Source: Rhodobacter sp.
GTDB lineage: Bacteria > Pseudomonadota > Alphaproteobacteria > Rhodobacterales > Rhodobacteraceae
DNA: 64,000 nucleotides
NCBI GenBank assembly: GCA_041905595.1
Contig: JAYRKT010000023.1
Coordinates: 3,525 to 67,524, forward strand
Direction: 5' to 3'
Shown: in pieces, positions 46,510 to 56,690 of the stretch
Layout of the letters: the number at the start of each line of letters is the position of its first letter
Position numbering within the stretch: position 1 is the first letter of the stretch
Translations under genes and position numbers: made by a program
Notes under the pieces: model-generated
Seen by the model: the letters and a program-made list of their open reading frames with translations, nothing else
The model's database searches: none
What the model was told of the DNA's origin: nothing

Positions 46510-47289
46510 ATGAGCGACGTAACCATCCATACCCCAAACCCGAATGCCCCCAATCCGATGGAGGCAGCACGACTGACGGGCGATGCGACGGCGGCCGATA
46601 TCGAAAGCATCCGCAAGCGTACCTCGGTCTATGTCTACGAGGCGCCGGTGCGGCTGTGGCACTGGATCAACGCCGCGGCGATCCTCGTCCTCGTGGTGAC
46701 GGGCTACTTCATCGGCAGCCCGCCGCCCTCGATGCAGGTCGGTGAAGCCTATCAGCAGTTCGTCTTCGGCTATATCCGCTTCGCCCACTTCGCGGCGGCG
46801 CAGATCCTGACGGTCGGCTTCTTCTTCCGCCTTTACTGGGCCTTCGTGGGCAACCACCATTCTAAGCAGATGTTCTACCTGCCAATCTTCAACCGCCGCT
46901 GGTGGTCGGAAGTGTTCTTCGAACTTCGCTGGTACCTGTTCCTTGAGAAGGAACCGAAGAAATACGTCGGCCACAACCCGCTGGCCCAGACCGCGATGTT
47001 CTTCTTCATCACGCTCGGCCTGACCTTCATGATGGCGACCGGTTGGGCGCTTTATGCGGAAGGTGCGGGCAAGGGCAGCCTGCCCGACCTTGCGATGGGC
47101 TGGCTGCTGGGTCTGGTCGGCAACAGCCAGAAACTGCACACACTGCACCATCTGGGCATGTGGGCCATCGTCATCTTCATGATCGTCCACATCTATGCCG
47201 CGATCCGCGAGGATATCATGAGTCGGCAGTCCATCGTGTCTACGATGATTTCCGGGCACCGGACCTTCAAGGACGACCGGATCGAGTGA
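46510..47289 (+). CDS. hupC: Ni/Fe-hydrogenase b-type cytochrome subunit
   Basis: YVYEAPVRLWHWINA, IRFAHF, YVGHNPLAQ, LHTLHHLGMW, HIYAAIRED. Confidence 0.96.
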   Translation: MSDVTIHTPNPNAPNPMEAARLTGDATAADIESIRKRTSVYVYEAPVRLWHWINAAAILVLVVTGYFIGSPPPSMQVGEAYQQFVFGYIRFAHFAAAQILTVGFFFRLYWAFVGNHHSKQMFYLPIFNRRWWSEVFFELRWYLFLEKEPKKYVGHNPLAQTAMFFFITLGLTFMMATGWALYAEGAGKGSLPDLAMGWLLGLVGNSQKLHTLHHLGMWAIVIFMIVHIYAAIREDIMSRQSIVSTMISGHRTFKDDRIE

Positions 47290-47311
47290 TCTGCGAGTCA
47301 CCTTGCATCAG

Positions 47312-47347
47312 AGACGGGCGGGCTTAGGCTCGCCCGTCTGCTTTCTG
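47312..47347 (+). terminator. Probable intrinsic terminator after hupSLEC
   Basis: AGACGGGCGGGC-TTAG-GCTCGCCCGTCT (12 bp, one G-U) followed by GCTTTCT. Confidence 0.6.
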
Positions 47348-47561
47348 GACATTGGCTTTCCTAGTTTCCGCCAGATGTGGAAAGTTTCTTGGCATTCCCG
47401 CCGGACCAAGAACCGCAAAAATTAACTGGAAACAAGGCCTTACGCGGAATTTTCTCCTCTGGATTTCTCGCCGAAATCCTATCTCCAGAAAGACCTGAAA
47501 AGACTATGTTCAGACAGGGGGCGCCAGTGCAAAGCCACTGGCCAGTCAGGGAGGGCTGCCC

Positions 47562-48170
47562 GTGCCGGATCGCGTCCTGATCCTTGGGATCGGCAATGTT
47601 CTTTGGGCTGACGAAGGCTTCGGCGTGCGCTGTATCGAGGCCATGGCCGAGACCTATGCCATGCCGAGCCAGGTGCGGCTGCTCGATGGCGGAACGCAGG
47701 GCCTCTACCTGTTGCCGTTTCTTGAGGAGGCCGATGCCCTGATCGTGTTCGACGCGGTCGATTACGGCTTGCCCCCTGGAACGCTCAAGGTTGTCGAGAA
47801 CGACGAGGTTCCCGCCTTCATGGGTGCCAAGAAGATGAGCCTGCATCAGACCGGGTTCCAGGATGTGATCGCCACCGCGCAGTTGCTCGACGTCTGCCCG
47901 GCGCGGCTGGTTCTGATCGGCTGCCAGCCGGTCGAGCTGGAAGATTACGGCGGCGGGCTCCGCCCCGAGACCGCCGCCCGGATCGCCCCGGCGATCGAGA
48001 TCGCCCGGGCAAAGCTGGCCGACTGGGGCATCGACATCGCCGCAGGACGGACCGAGGCCGATGACCTCGCCGATCCGTCGATCCGGCGCGACGCCTACGA
48101 GACCGGCCGCCCCACCGAAGATGAAGCCTGCCGGATCGGGGATGCGCGTTTCCTCCCGGGGGCGCGCTGA
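47562..48170 (+). CDS. hupD: Hydrogenase maturation endopeptidase
   Basis: [46 protein letters not shown] start with GGGAGG RBS. Confidence 0.95.
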   Translation: MPDRVLILGIGNVLWADEGFGVRCIEAMAETYAMPSQVRLLDGGTQGLYLLPFLEEADALIVFDAVDYGLPPGTLKVVENDEVPAFMGAKKMSLHQTGFQDVIATAQLLDVCPARLVLIGCQPVELEDYGGGLRPETAARIAPAIEIARAKLADWGIDIAAGRTEADDLADPSIRRDAYETGRPTEDEACRIGDARFLPGAR

Positions 48171-48490
48171 TGTGCGTCGGCGTTCCCTTTCGCATCCTGT
48201 CTGTCGATGGCATCGCGGCAATGGCCACGGACGGACGCGTAACCGAGTTGATCGACATCTCGCTTGTCGCTCCCGTCCGCCCCGGCGACTGGGTGCTCAA
48301 CTTCCTTGGCGCGGCGCGCTCGGTGGTGCCGGAAGATGAGGCCCGGCTGATCCGCGACGCGCTCGATGGCCTGAGCGCCGTCATGGCCGGCGGCGACGCC
48401 GGGGGCGCCTTCGCCGATCTCGAGTCCCGCACGCCAACGCTTCCGCCGCATCTTCAGGCCGCGCTCGACGCCGGCCAGACCCAAGGGTGA
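48170..48490 (+). CDS. hupF: HypC/HupF family chaperone
   Basis: [29 protein letters not shown]; position after hupD. Confidence 0.9.
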   Translation: MCVGVPFRILSVDGIAAMATDGRVTELIDISLVAPVRPGDWVLNFLGAARSVVPEDEARLIRDALDGLSAVMAGGDAGGAFADLESRTPTLPPHLQAALDAGQTQG

Positions 48491-48494
48491 CCCC

Positions 48495-48914
48495 ATGCAC
48501 GACCATTCCACCGATTTCGCCCTGCCTGATCCCGCCGCGCCGCAAGGCCTGCATCCGCTGGTCGCGCGTCTTGAAACCGAATTCGGCTGGCCGCGGCTGC
48601 AAAACCTGTCCGATGTTGCCGAATTCACCAGCCGGCCCGGCGCGCATTGCCTGTTCGTCCCGGGAGATGCGCGCCGCAATCTCGAGACGCCGGACGCGGC
48701 TGTGATTCTTCCAGAGCTTCGGATCGCCTTCCAGAACGGCTTTGACTGCGCACTGGTCGATGACGCGATCGAGGCGCAAGTGCGCGAGGCCGCGCGGGCG
48801 CTGCGCACCCCCGGTTTCCTGTTCTTCCGCGAGGGGCGCTACCTGGGCGCGATCGAGAAGGTCCGCGACTGGGACGACTATCTTGCCCGCACCACCCACA
48901 TCCTTGGCCAGTGA
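48495..48914 (+). CDS. hupG: Hydrogenase accessory thioredoxin-like protein (HyaE family)
   Basis: LETPDAAVILPEL, PGFLFFREGRYLGAIEKVRDWDDY. Confidence 0.88.
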   Translation: MHDHSTDFALPDPAAPQGLHPLVARLETEFGWPRLQNLSDVAEFTSRPGAHCLFVPGDARRNLETPDAAVILPELRIAFQNGFDCALVDDAIEAQVREAARALRTPGFLFFREGRYLGAIEKVRDWDDYLARTTHILGQ

Positions 48915-48921
48915 GGCGCCC

Positions 48922-49758
48922 ATGGTCTCGAACTTCCAGCTTCCCCCGATCGGCTTCGGCCCCGGCTCGCAACCCGAGGACGAGGATGCAGAGCTGAACT
49001 ATCTGGCGATGCCGTCAGGCATGCGCACCTACAGCCCGCACCTGCCAGAGATCGAGCTTGTTCGTGAGGCCGGCCCCGCGCTGGACCTGCTGGGCCGGAT
49101 CGCAGCGGCCTGTGACAGCGCCGCCGAAAGCGGCCGGCCTGTGAGCTTCGATCTGGCTGAGCTGCCCGAGGCTTCGCGCAAGCTCATTTCCGAAACCATG
49201 GGCCAGGGCGAAGTGTCGCTGAAGGTGCGCGGGGTTCCGGCGCTGGCGGTGCAGGAAAGCGTCTTCGCCGGGGTGTGGATGCTGGCCGGCAGCGGCGTCG
49301 ACCGGATCGAGGTGTCCGGCGTTCCTTCGGTGGCGCTGGCACGGGCGCATGTCCCGCATCGCCCTGCGCTCGGGGCACGGGCGGCGAAAGGACCGGGCGT
49401 GGTGAACGCGCCGGCGCTTTACTCCGAACTTGCCGACAAGTCGCAGGGCTTCCGCCCGGGGGACGCGATCCACGCCGTCAACCTGACACTGCTGCCGCAT
49501 ACGCCCGAAGATCTCGGCTGGCTTGACGCGGCGATGGGTGAAGGCGCGGTCACGGTTCTGTCACGCGGTTACGGCAACTGCCGGATTACCGCGACTGCCC
49601 TGCCCCATGTCTGGCGGGTGCAGTACTTCAACTCGATGGATGTTCTGATCCTCGATACGTTCGAAGTGACGACCATGCCGGAGGTTGTCCTGGCCGCCAG
49701 CGAGGATCTGGTCGATTCCGCAGCCCGGATCCGCGAAGTGCTGGAGGCGCTGAAATGA
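48922..49758 (+). CDS. hupH: Hydrogenase expression/formation protein (HyaF family)
   Basis: IGFGPGSQPE, MGQGEVS, VQESVFAGVW, VNLTLLP, VLSRGYGNCRI, VWRVQYFNSMD. Start at ATG 48922. Confidence 0.92.
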   Translation: MVSNFQLPPIGFGPGSQPEDEDAELNYLAMPSGMRTYSPHLPEIELVREAGPALDLLGRIAAACDSAAESGRPVSFDLAELPEASRKLISETMGQGEVSLKVRGVPALAVQESVFAGVWMLAGSGVDRIEVSGVPSVALARAHVPHRPALGARAAKGPGVVNAPALYSELADKSQGFRPGDAIHAVNLTLLPHTPEDLGWLDAAMGEGAVTVLSRGYGNCRITATALPHVWRVQYFNSMDVLILDTFEVTTMPEVVLAASEDLVDSAARIREVLEALK

Positions 49759-50522
49759 GCTTCGAGGGATCCTATCTGGGCGCGAATGACCGGATCAGCC
49801 CGCGCGCTGTCATGGAATGCAAGGTCTGCTGGACGACCTATGACCCGGCCGAAGGCGACAGCTACCGCCAAATCCTCCCCGGAACGGCCTTTGCCGACCT
49901 GCCCGACGACTGGTCCTGCCCGCATTGCGGCACGCCGAAGACCCAGTTCATGGTTCGCGAGGATCCTGGCAGCGCCGAGGCGGCGGAAGCCGCGATGATC
50001 GAGGGCGTGACCGCCGCTCTGGAAGCCGATTTTCGCGAAGTGTGGTCGTCGAAGATGCGCGGCCTGCCGATGGTCAACACCGCGCTTCATGTCGAGGCGG
50101 TCGGGTTCCGCGCCCACGAGGGCAGCTGGCTTGGCGTGCTGATCGCGCCCTGGTTCATGAACCTCGTTCTTTTGCCGGGGCCGGGCCAAGACTGGTCGGC
50201 GCTCATCCCCGGCGAGAAGGAGACGATTGCCTTTCCCTCCGGCGAATACGAATTCCTGCACAACGCCCGCGACCTGACCGGCCCTTACAAGGCCTGCTCG
50301 TTGTTTTCGCCGATGGCCGACTTCTCCAGCCATCTGCAGGCGCAGGAAGTGGCGCGCGCGGTGATGGTCGCGCTGTTCGACGGCGCGAACCGGGCCGAAA
50401 CAGACCGCGCCGCCGAGATCCGCGCGGTGCGCGAGGCCGAACTTGCCCCACCAGCCGAACCCGAGATCGCGGCAGCGCCTTCGCGCCGGGCGCTGCTGAC
50501 CGGTGGTCTTTCCGGGGAGTGA
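49755..50522 (+). CDS. hupJ: Rubredoxin-HybE fusion hydrogenase chaperone
   Basis: N-terminal CKVCWTTYDP...WSCPHCG rubredoxin, then MRGLPMVN, LIAPWFMNL, YKACSLFSPM. Confidence 0.92.
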   Translation: MSFEGSYLGANDRISPRAVMECKVCWTTYDPAEGDSYRQILPGTAFADLPDDWSCPHCGTPKTQFMVREDPGSAEAAEAAMIEGVTAALEADFREVWSSKMRGLPMVNTALHVEAVGFRAHEGSWLGVLIAPWFMNLVLLPGPGQDWSALIPGEKETIAFPSGEYEFLHNARDLTGPYKACSLFSPMADFSSHLQAQEVARAVMVALFDGANRAETDRAAEIRAVREAELAPPAEPEIAAAPSRRALLTGGLSGE

Positions 50523-51419
50523 GTGATGGAGGCCGGGCTGACCCTTGTGCTGCAGGAGGACGAGGTGGAGATCCGCCGCACCGCCCTGCCGGTCGAGGCA
50601 ATGATGCTCGGGCGTCCGGTGGAAGAGGCGCTGCACCTCCTGCCCCGTCTCTTCAACCTTTGCGGACATGCGCAGGGCTTGGCGTTCCGCCTTTCCCTTG
50701 GCCTGCCGGTCCACGATGCGCCCGACCCGGGGCGCGAGATCCTGCGCGATCACGTTGCCAAGCTGTGCCTGAGCTGGCCGACCCTTCTGGGGTTGCCGCC
50801 GATGCCACTGCCTTCGGGCTGGCAGGCGGGCGGTGAGGCTGCGCGTCACCTGCTCATCGGTCCGTCCGACTGCCCGACTGACCTAGAGGGACTGGCAGAC
50901 TGGCTGTCGCGCGGCGAAGGCGTGGCCCCGGTGATCCGCGCGATCGCAGACGAACTGGGCGGTGTCCATTTGACTAGGCCGCTGGCGCTCACCACGCCCG
51001 AGACCGCCCTGGCCGATCACGCCCAGGAAAACAGCGTCGCTGCGCGGCGTGCTGCCGATCCGATGGTCATCGCCGCCGAACGTCATTGGGGCCGCGGACC
51101 GGTCTGGCACGCCGTGGCCAGGCTTGCGGATGCCTTGGCCGTGGCCAGGGGCGACCTGCCCTGTGCAGTCAGGCTTGCGGATGGCACGGCTGTCGTGCCG
51201 GCAGCCCGTGGAAGCTATGCACTGCGCGCCAGATCGGCGGCGGGCCGGATCACGGCCTTCGAGCGGCGGACGCCGACGGACCATCTGGTTGCGCCCGGCG
51301 GCGCGCTGGAAGGGCTGCTTGGGGCCATGGGAAAGTCTGCCCCGTCGCAGATCCGGCTGCTCTCGGATATCCTCGACCCCTGCGTTACAGTGCAGGTGCA
51401 GGAGGGCAGCCATGCATGA
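50523..51419 (+). CDS. hupK: Hydrogenase scaffold protein HupK/HoxV
   Basis: [32 protein letters not shown]; position before hypA. Start GTG 50523 or ATG 50526. Confidence 0.85.
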   Translation: MMEAGLTLVLQEDEVEIRRTALPVEAMMLGRPVEEALHLLPRLFNLCGHAQGLAFRLSLGLPVHDAPDPGREILRDHVAKLCLSWPTLLGLPPMPLPSGWQAGGEAARHLLIGPSDCPTDLEGLADWLSRGEGVAPVIRAIADELGGVHLTRPLALTTPETALADHAQENSVAARRAADPMVIAAERHWGRGPVWHAVARLADALAVARGDLPCAVRLADGTAVVPAARGSYALRARSAAGRITAFERRTPTDHLVAPGGALEGLLGAMGKSAPSQIRLLSDILDPCVTVQVQEGSHA

Positions 51420-51753
51420 GATGTCGCTCGCCGAAGGCATCCGCGAGGTGATCGAGGATCAGGCCCGGCAACACGCCTTCGAACGGGTGCGCCGTCTGCG
51501 GCTGGAAATCGGACGTTTCGCCGGGGTTGAGAAAGAGGCGCTTGCCTTCGCCTTCGACGTGGTGATGCGCGGCAGTCCGGCTGAGGGCGCGACGCTTGAA
51601 ATGATCGACCTGCCGGGCCGGGCGCTATGCTACGACTGCGGTGAGGTGGTCGAACTCGCCGACCGGCTGGATCCCTGCCCGAACTGCGGCAGTGGCAAGC
51701 TAATGCCGCAGGGTGGGGACGAGATGCGGATCAAGGACATGGAGGTGGTGTGA
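51412..51753 (+). CDS. hypA: Hydrogenase nickel metallochaperone
   Basis: MHEMSLA, CYDC and CPNC zinc site, [11 protein letters not shown]. Confidence 0.96.
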   Translation: MHEMSLAEGIREVIEDQARQHAFERVRRLRLEIGRFAGVEKEALAFAFDVVMRGSPAEGATLEMIDLPGRALCYDCGEVVELADRLDPCPNCGSGKLMPQGGDEMRIKDMEVV

Positions 51754-52646
51754 TGTGCACGGTTTGCGGATGTTCGGGGACGTTGAAGATCGGCGATCTG
51801 GAACTGACCCACGAAGAGGCGCACCGGCTTGGCCTGCCGCATGGGCATGATCACGACCATGACCACGGTCATCACCACGGGCACGGCGCACATGACCATG
51901 ACCACCCGCCTCTGTCCGGGGGTACGATCCATTTCGGGCTGGGCGTGGCGGGCACTTCGGTGCCGGGGATGAGCCAGTCGCGGCTCATTGAGATCGAGAC
52001 GGGCATCCTGTCAAAAAACGACGCCATCGCCGCCACGAACCGCCGGGTTCTGCGGGCCCTTGGCGCCTTTGCGGTCAACCTCGTCTCCTCGCCCGGTTCG
52101 GGCAAGACGACGCTGCTTTGCGAGACGATCCGTCGCCTCGGATCCCATCCGCTGGCGGTGATCGAAGGCGACCAGCAGACCTCGAACGATGCCGACCGTA
52201 TCCGCGCCACGGGGGCCGAGGCGGTGCAGGTGAACACCGGCAAGGGCTGCCATCTGGATGCCGACATGGTCGCGCGCGCCATGGATGCGTTGCCACTGTC
52301 GCCGGGCGGGTTCCTGTTCATCGAGAATGTCGGCAATCTTGTCTGCCCCGCCGCCTTCGACCTGGGCGAGGATGCCAAGGTCGCGATCCTGTCGGTGACG
52401 GAAGGCGAGGACAAGCCGCTCAAATATCCCGACATGTTCACCGCCGCCCGCATTGCGCTGGTAAACAAGGTGGATCTCGCCCCCCATTGCGACACCGACC
52501 TTGACCTGATCGAAACGAACCTGCGCCGGGTAAACCCGGCGATCAAGGTGATCCGCGTCTCGGCCCGCACCGGCGCGGGGATGGAGGACTGGCTGCGCTG
52601 GCTCAAGGCGCGGCTCACTGACAAGACGCTGCGAAAGGCCGGGTGA
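51753..52646 (+). CDS. hypB: Nickel-incorporation GTPase with His-rich region
   Basis: MCTVCGC, His-rich tract, [42 protein letters not shown]. Confidence 0.96.
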   Translation: MCTVCGCSGTLKIGDLELTHEEAHRLGLPHGHDHDHDHGHHHGHGAHDHDHPPLSGGTIHFGLGVAGTSVPGMSQSRLIEIETGILSKNDAIAATNRRVLRALGAFAVNLVSSPGSGKTTLLCETIRRLGSHPLAVIEGDQQTSNDADRIRATGAEAVQVNTGKGCHLDADMVARAMDALPLSPGGFLFIENVGNLVCPAAFDLGEDAKVAILSVTEGEDKPLKYPDMFTAARIALVNKVDLAPHCDTDLDLIETNLRRVNPAIKVIRVSARTGAGMEDWLRWLKARLTDKTLRKAG

Positions 52647-54127
52647 TGTCCGCCCCGCGCGCCACCATACTTCTGGTCGATGACGAGCCACATTCGCTGA
52701 CCTCGATGCGAATGGCACTGGAGGATGAATTCGACATCCGCACCGCCGGCGATGCCGAGGCGGCGCTCGCGGTGCTGGAAGAGGATTGGGTGCAGGTCAT
52801 CTTCTGCGACCAGCGGATGCCGGGTCGTACCGGCGTCGAGTTCCTGACCGAGGTGCGCGAGCGCTGGCCAGAGGCGGTGCGTATCGTCATCACCGGCTAT
52901 ACCGACGCGAACGCGATGGTCGCGGCGATCAACGATGCGGGCATCTACCAGTTCATCACCAAGCCCTGGCATCCGGATCAGTTGCTGATGGCGGCGCGCA
53001 ATGCGTCGCGGCTTTTCCAGCTGTCGCGTGAGAACGACCGCATGGCGCTGGAGATGCGGGTGCTGACGGCAACCGCCGAAAGCCGGGTCGAAAAGCGGCG
53101 CCGGGCACTGCGCGAGGGACTGGGTTTCGAGACGATCCTGCGCGCGCCCAATTCGCCCATGAACGCGGTGGTGCGGGCCGCGCGGCAATTCGCGAGCTTC
53201 GACGTACCGGTTTTGCTGACGGGCGAGCCCGGAACCGGGAAGGCGGCGCTGGCCCGCGCGATGCATTACGGCTCGCTCCGCTCCGACAGGCCCTTCCATG
53301 CCTTCTCGCTGGCCGGACTACCGGACGACCTGGCGATGATCGAACTCTTCGGGGCAAAGCGCGGCGTGCTGCCCGGCGGGTCGAACAAGATCGGACTGGT
53401 TCAGAAGGCCGAGCGCGGGACGCTCTATCTGGGCGGGATCGACGCTGCGTCGCCGGCGCTGCAGGTCGCGCTGTTGCGGCTGGTGACGGAAGGGGCGTTC
53501 TCGCCCGTCGGAGGGCAAGAGATCATAGGATCGAACCTGCGGCTGATCGCCGGTTCCGATCGCGACCTGCGGGCGCTGGTGGCAGAGGGCCGCTTCCGTG
53601 CCGATCTTTACTACGCGCTTGCGGTGACGGAACTGGAACTGCCGCCGCTGCGCGGTCGTCCCGGCGACATCGCGCTCCATGCCCAGGCCATGTTGATGGA
53701 TATGGCGTCCCGGCATGGCAAGCCGATGCAGGGGTTCGAGGCGGCCGCGCTGGAGTTCCTCGAGAATTACGACTGGCCCGGAAACCTGCGAGAACTGTCC
53801 AATGAGGTCACGCGAATGCTGATCTTCGGCCAGGCGCCGCTCCTTGGGGCGGAACTGATCTCGCGCGCGATCCTGCAGGCTCCACCCGGCGACAGCGGCG
53901 CGGACCGTTCGGCCGAGGCGGCGCTGACCGGCGCCGGAAGCCTGAAGGACCGGGTTGAACTGGTCGAGATGCGCATCCTGCGCGAAACGCTGGCCCGCCA
54001 CCGCTGGAACAAGAGCCGCGCCGCCGCCGAACTCGGGCTGAGCCGGGTCGGCCTGCGCGCCAAGCTGGACCGCTACGGCATCCTTCAGCCGGGGCGGGCG
54101 ACAGCAGACGAAGACGAGGAGGACTGA
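52646..54127 (+). CDS. hupR: NtrC-like hydrogenase response regulator
   Basis: Receiver (LLVDDE, CDQRMP, FITKPW), [22 protein letters not shown], Fis-type HTH ([14 protein letters not shown]). Confidence 0.93.
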   Translation: MSAPRATILLVDDEPHSLTSMRMALEDEFDIRTAGDAEAALAVLEEDWVQVIFCDQRMPGRTGVEFLTEVRERWPEAVRIVITGYTDANAMVAAINDAGIYQFITKPWHPDQLLMAARNASRLFQLSRENDRMALEMRVLTATAESRVEKRRRALREGLGFETILRAPNSPMNAVVRAARQFASFDVPVLLTGEPGTGKAALARAMHYGSLRSDRPFHAFSLAGLPDDLAMIELFGAKRGVLPGGSNKIGLVQKAERGTLYLGGIDAASPALQVALLRLVTEGAFSPVGGQEIIGSNLRLIAGSDRDLRALVAEGRFRADLYYALAVTELELPPLRGRPGDIALHAQAMLMDMASRHGKPMQGFEAAALEFLENYDWPGNLRELSNEVTRMLIFGQAPLLGAELISRAILQAPPGDSGADRSAEAALTGAGSLKDRVELVEMRILRETLARHRWNKSRAAAELGLSRVGLRAKLDRYGILQPGRATADEDEED

Positions 54128-54130
54128 GCG

Positions 54131-54421
54131 ATGTGCCTAGGCATTCCCGGCCGGATCGTGGCCATCACCGACGAGGCGCGGCAGATGGCGCTTGCGGAAA
54201 TTTCAGGCGTGCGGCGCGAGGTGAACGTCGCCTGCATCGCCGAGGGACCGCTGGCGGATCTCGTGGGCGAATGGGCATTGATTCATGTCGGCTTCGCGAT
54301 GAGCCGGATCGACCCGGATGAGGCCGAACGTACCCTGCAGGCGCTCCGCGATCTGGGCGAGGCACAGGAGGCGCTTGACGCGATGGCCGAGGGGCAGAAG
54401 GCACTGGAGGCGGCAAGATGA
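54131..54421 (+). CDS. hypC: Hydrogenase chaperone HypC
   Basis: MCLGIPGRI, EWALIHVGFAMSRID. Confidence 0.95.
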   Translation: MCLGIPGRIVAITDEARQMALAEISGVRREVNVACIAEGPLADLVGEWALIHVGFAMSRIDPDEAERTLQALRDLGEAQEALDAMAEGQKALEAAR

Positions 54422-55557
54422 AGTTCGCCAGCGAATTTCGTGACCCGGCTTTGGCCAAGACCCTGCTCGCCCGCATCGCTGGAGTGGCCGACCAGATCGG
54501 TGCGACGCGCGAAACGCCCGTCCACATCATGGAGATCTGCGGCGGGCACACCCATTCGATCTTCCGTTACGGCCTCGACAAGCTGATCCACCCCGGGGTC
54601 GAGTTCATCCACGGTCCGGGCTGTCCGGTCTGCGTGCTGCCGATGTCGCGGGTCGATGAATGCGTCGAGATCGCGATGCGCCCAAGGGTGATCTTCACCA
54701 CCTTCGGCGACGCGATGCGTGTGCCGGGCCACAAGATGAGCCTCATGCAGGCCAAGGCGGGAGGAGCCGATATCCGCATGGTCTATTCGCCGCTCGACGC
54801 GCTGGAGCTTGCCCGCCGCAACCCAGACCGCGAGGTGGTCTTCTTCGGCCTCGGCTTCGAGACGACGACGCCCTCGACCGCGCTGTCGATCCAAGCGGCG
54901 GCGCGCGAGGGGCTGACCAATTTCAGCGTCTTCTGCAACCACATCACCGTGCCCGAGCCGATCAAGGCGCTGCTCGACGATCCCGATATGATGCTCGACG
55001 GCTTCATCGGACCGGGCCATGTCAGCATGGTGATCGGGATCCGGCCTTACGACTTCATCGCGCGGGACTACGGCAAGCCGATCGTGGTGGCCGGTTTCGA
55101 GCCGACCGACCTGCTGCAATCAGTGCTGATGGTCCTGATGCAGATTGCCGAGGGCCGTGCGGCGGTCGAGAACCAGTATGCCCGCGTCGTGCCCGAGAAC
55201 GGGAACCCGGTCAGCCTGGCAGCGATTGCCGATGTCTATGAACGCCGCCCGAGCTTCGAATGGCGCGGCCTGGGCGAGATCGACGCCTCCGGCCTGCGCA
55301 TCCGCCCGAAATACCGCGCCTTCGACGCCGAGGAGAAGTTCGGGATCGGCTACGCGGTCGGACGCAAGGCCTATGAAGAGCCCGAGGGCTGCGCCTGCGG
55401 CGCGGTGATGACCGGGCGGATCAAGCCGACCGCCTGCCCGCGATTCGGCAAGGGCTGCACGCCCGACATGCCGCTAGGGGCGCTGATGGTATCGTCGGAA
55501 GGCGCCTGCGCCGCCTACTGGCAATATGGCGGCTCGCGCGGGCTGGCGGCAGAGTAG
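54418..55557 (+). CDS. hypD: Hydrogenase formation protein HypD
   Basis: MEICGGHTH, GPGCPVC, GLGFETT, GPGHVS, CACGAVM, C-x2-FG-x2-CTP, MVSSEGACAAY. Confidence 0.97.
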   Translation: MKFASEFRDPALAKTLLARIAGVADQIGATRETPVHIMEICGGHTHSIFRYGLDKLIHPGVEFIHGPGCPVCVLPMSRVDECVEIAMRPRVIFTTFGDAMRVPGHKMSLMQAKAGGADIRMVYSPLDALELARRNPDREVVFFGLGFETTTPSTALSIQAAAREGLTNFSVFCNHITVPEPIKALLDDPDMMLDGFIGPGHVSMVIGIRPYDFIARDYGKPIVVAGFEPTDLLQSVLMVLMQIAEGRAAVENQYARVVPENGNPVSLAAIADVYERRPSFEWRGLGEIDASGLRIRPKYRAFDAEEKFGIGYAVGRKAYEEPEGCACGAVMTGRIKPTACPRFGKGCTPDMPLGALMVSSEGACAAYWQYGGSRGLAAE

Positions 55558-55620
55558 AGGGGGCGCTGCCCCCTCGCCGCCAAACGGCGGCTCACCCCGG
55601 GATATTTGGGAACAGAAGAA
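55557..55620. repeat. Short double-hairpin REP-like element
   Basis: GAGGGGGC-GCT-GCCCCCTC, then GCCGCC-AAAC-GGCGGC, then TCACCCCGGGATATTTGG...GAAGAA. Resembles an intergenic repeat recalled from Rhodobacteraceae genomes; single copy in this window. Confidence 0.55.
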
Positions 55621-55631
55621 GGACCTGAGGC

Positions 55632-56654
55632 ATGGCGCTGCGCGACCGGATCGTGACCCTCGCCCATGGCGGCGGCGGGCGGGCAATGCGCGACCTGATC
55701 GAGACGGTCTTCACGCCCGTATTCGAGCCGCCGGGCATGGAGGACCAGGCCCGGCTGATGGACGCCGCCCTGCAAGAGCCGGGGGCGCGGCTCGCGTTTA
55801 CCACCGACAGCTTCGTGGTCACGCCTGTGGAGTTTCCGGGCGGCGACATCGGCACGATCGCCGTCTGCGGCACGGTCAATGATCTTGCGGTCGGCGGCGC
55901 GCGGCCTCTGTGGCTCTCGGCGGCCTTCATCATCGAGGAGGGCTGCGAGGTCGATCTGCTGCACCGCGTCGTTGCCTCGATGCAGCGCGAGGCGGATGCG
56001 GCGGGTGTCAGGATCGTCACCGGTGACACGAAGGTCGTCGGGCGCGGCGCGGCGGACCGGCTGTTCGTCACGACCGCCGGGGTGGGCGTAATCCCGCCGC
56101 GCCGCGACCTGTCGGCGGCGAAGGTGCGGCCCGGCGACGTGGCGATCGTCAACGGGGTTCTGGGCGACCATGGCGCCACCATCCTTGCGGCCAGGGGCGA
56201 CCTGGCCCTGTCGGCCGACCTCAAGAGCGACTGCGCCGCGCTCGGGCACCTGATGGAGGCGGTTCTGGCCGTTGCTCCGGGAACAGCCTGCGCGCGGGAT
56301 GCGACGCGGGGCGGGCTTGCCTCGGCCCTGAACGAGATCGCGGCGGCGGCCGGCGTCGGCGTCGTGGTGGATGAAGACGCCCTGCCCCTGCGCGAGGAAG
56401 TGCGCGGCATGTGCGAGATCCTTGGCCTCGACCCGCTCTATCTTGCCAACGAGGGCACTCTGGTCGCCTTTGTGCCCGAAGCGCAGGCAGAAGCGGCGCT
56501 GGCCGCGATGCGGAGCCGCCCCGAGGGGCGGAGCGCGGCGATCGTCGGGCAGGCCGTGGCCGCGCATCCGGGGCAGGTGCGCATGGCCACATCCTTTGGC
56601 GGGATGCGGGTCGTTGACATGCTCGTCGGCGAGCAGTTGCCCCGCATTTGCTGA
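55632..56654 (+). CDS. hypE: Hydrogenase formation protein HypE
   Basis: LAHGGGG, FTTDSFVV, GTVNDLAVGGA, VTGDTKVV, RDATRGG, LANEG, C-terminal GEQLPRIC. Confidence 0.97.
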   Translation: MALRDRIVTLAHGGGGRAMRDLIETVFTPVFEPPGMEDQARLMDAALQEPGARLAFTTDSFVVTPVEFPGGDIGTIAVCGTVNDLAVGGARPLWLSAAFIIEEGCEVDLLHRVVASMQREADAAGVRIVTGDTKVVGRGAADRLFVTTAGVGVIPPRRDLSAAKVRPGDVAIVNGVLGDHGATILAARGDLALSADLKSDCAALGHLMEAVLAVAPGTACARDATRGGLASALNEIAAAAGVGVVVDEDALPLREEVRGMCEILGLDPLYLANEGTLVAFVPEAQAEAALAAMRSRPEGRSAAIVGQAVAAHPGQVRMATSFGGMRVVDMLVGEQLPRIC

Positions 56655-56674
56655 GGCGGGCCCGACGGCCCGCC
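56655..56674. terminator. Hairpin between convergent hypE and dmmC
   Basis: GGCGGGCC-CGAC-GGCCCGCC, 8-bp perfect stem. Confidence 0.45.
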
Positions 56675-56690
56675 CCGGTTCGCGCGACGC

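Noticed and set aside
49755-50522. Rubredoxin-HupJ fusion as a novelty
   Set aside because: This fusion is the known form of HupJ in Rhodobacter-type clusters.
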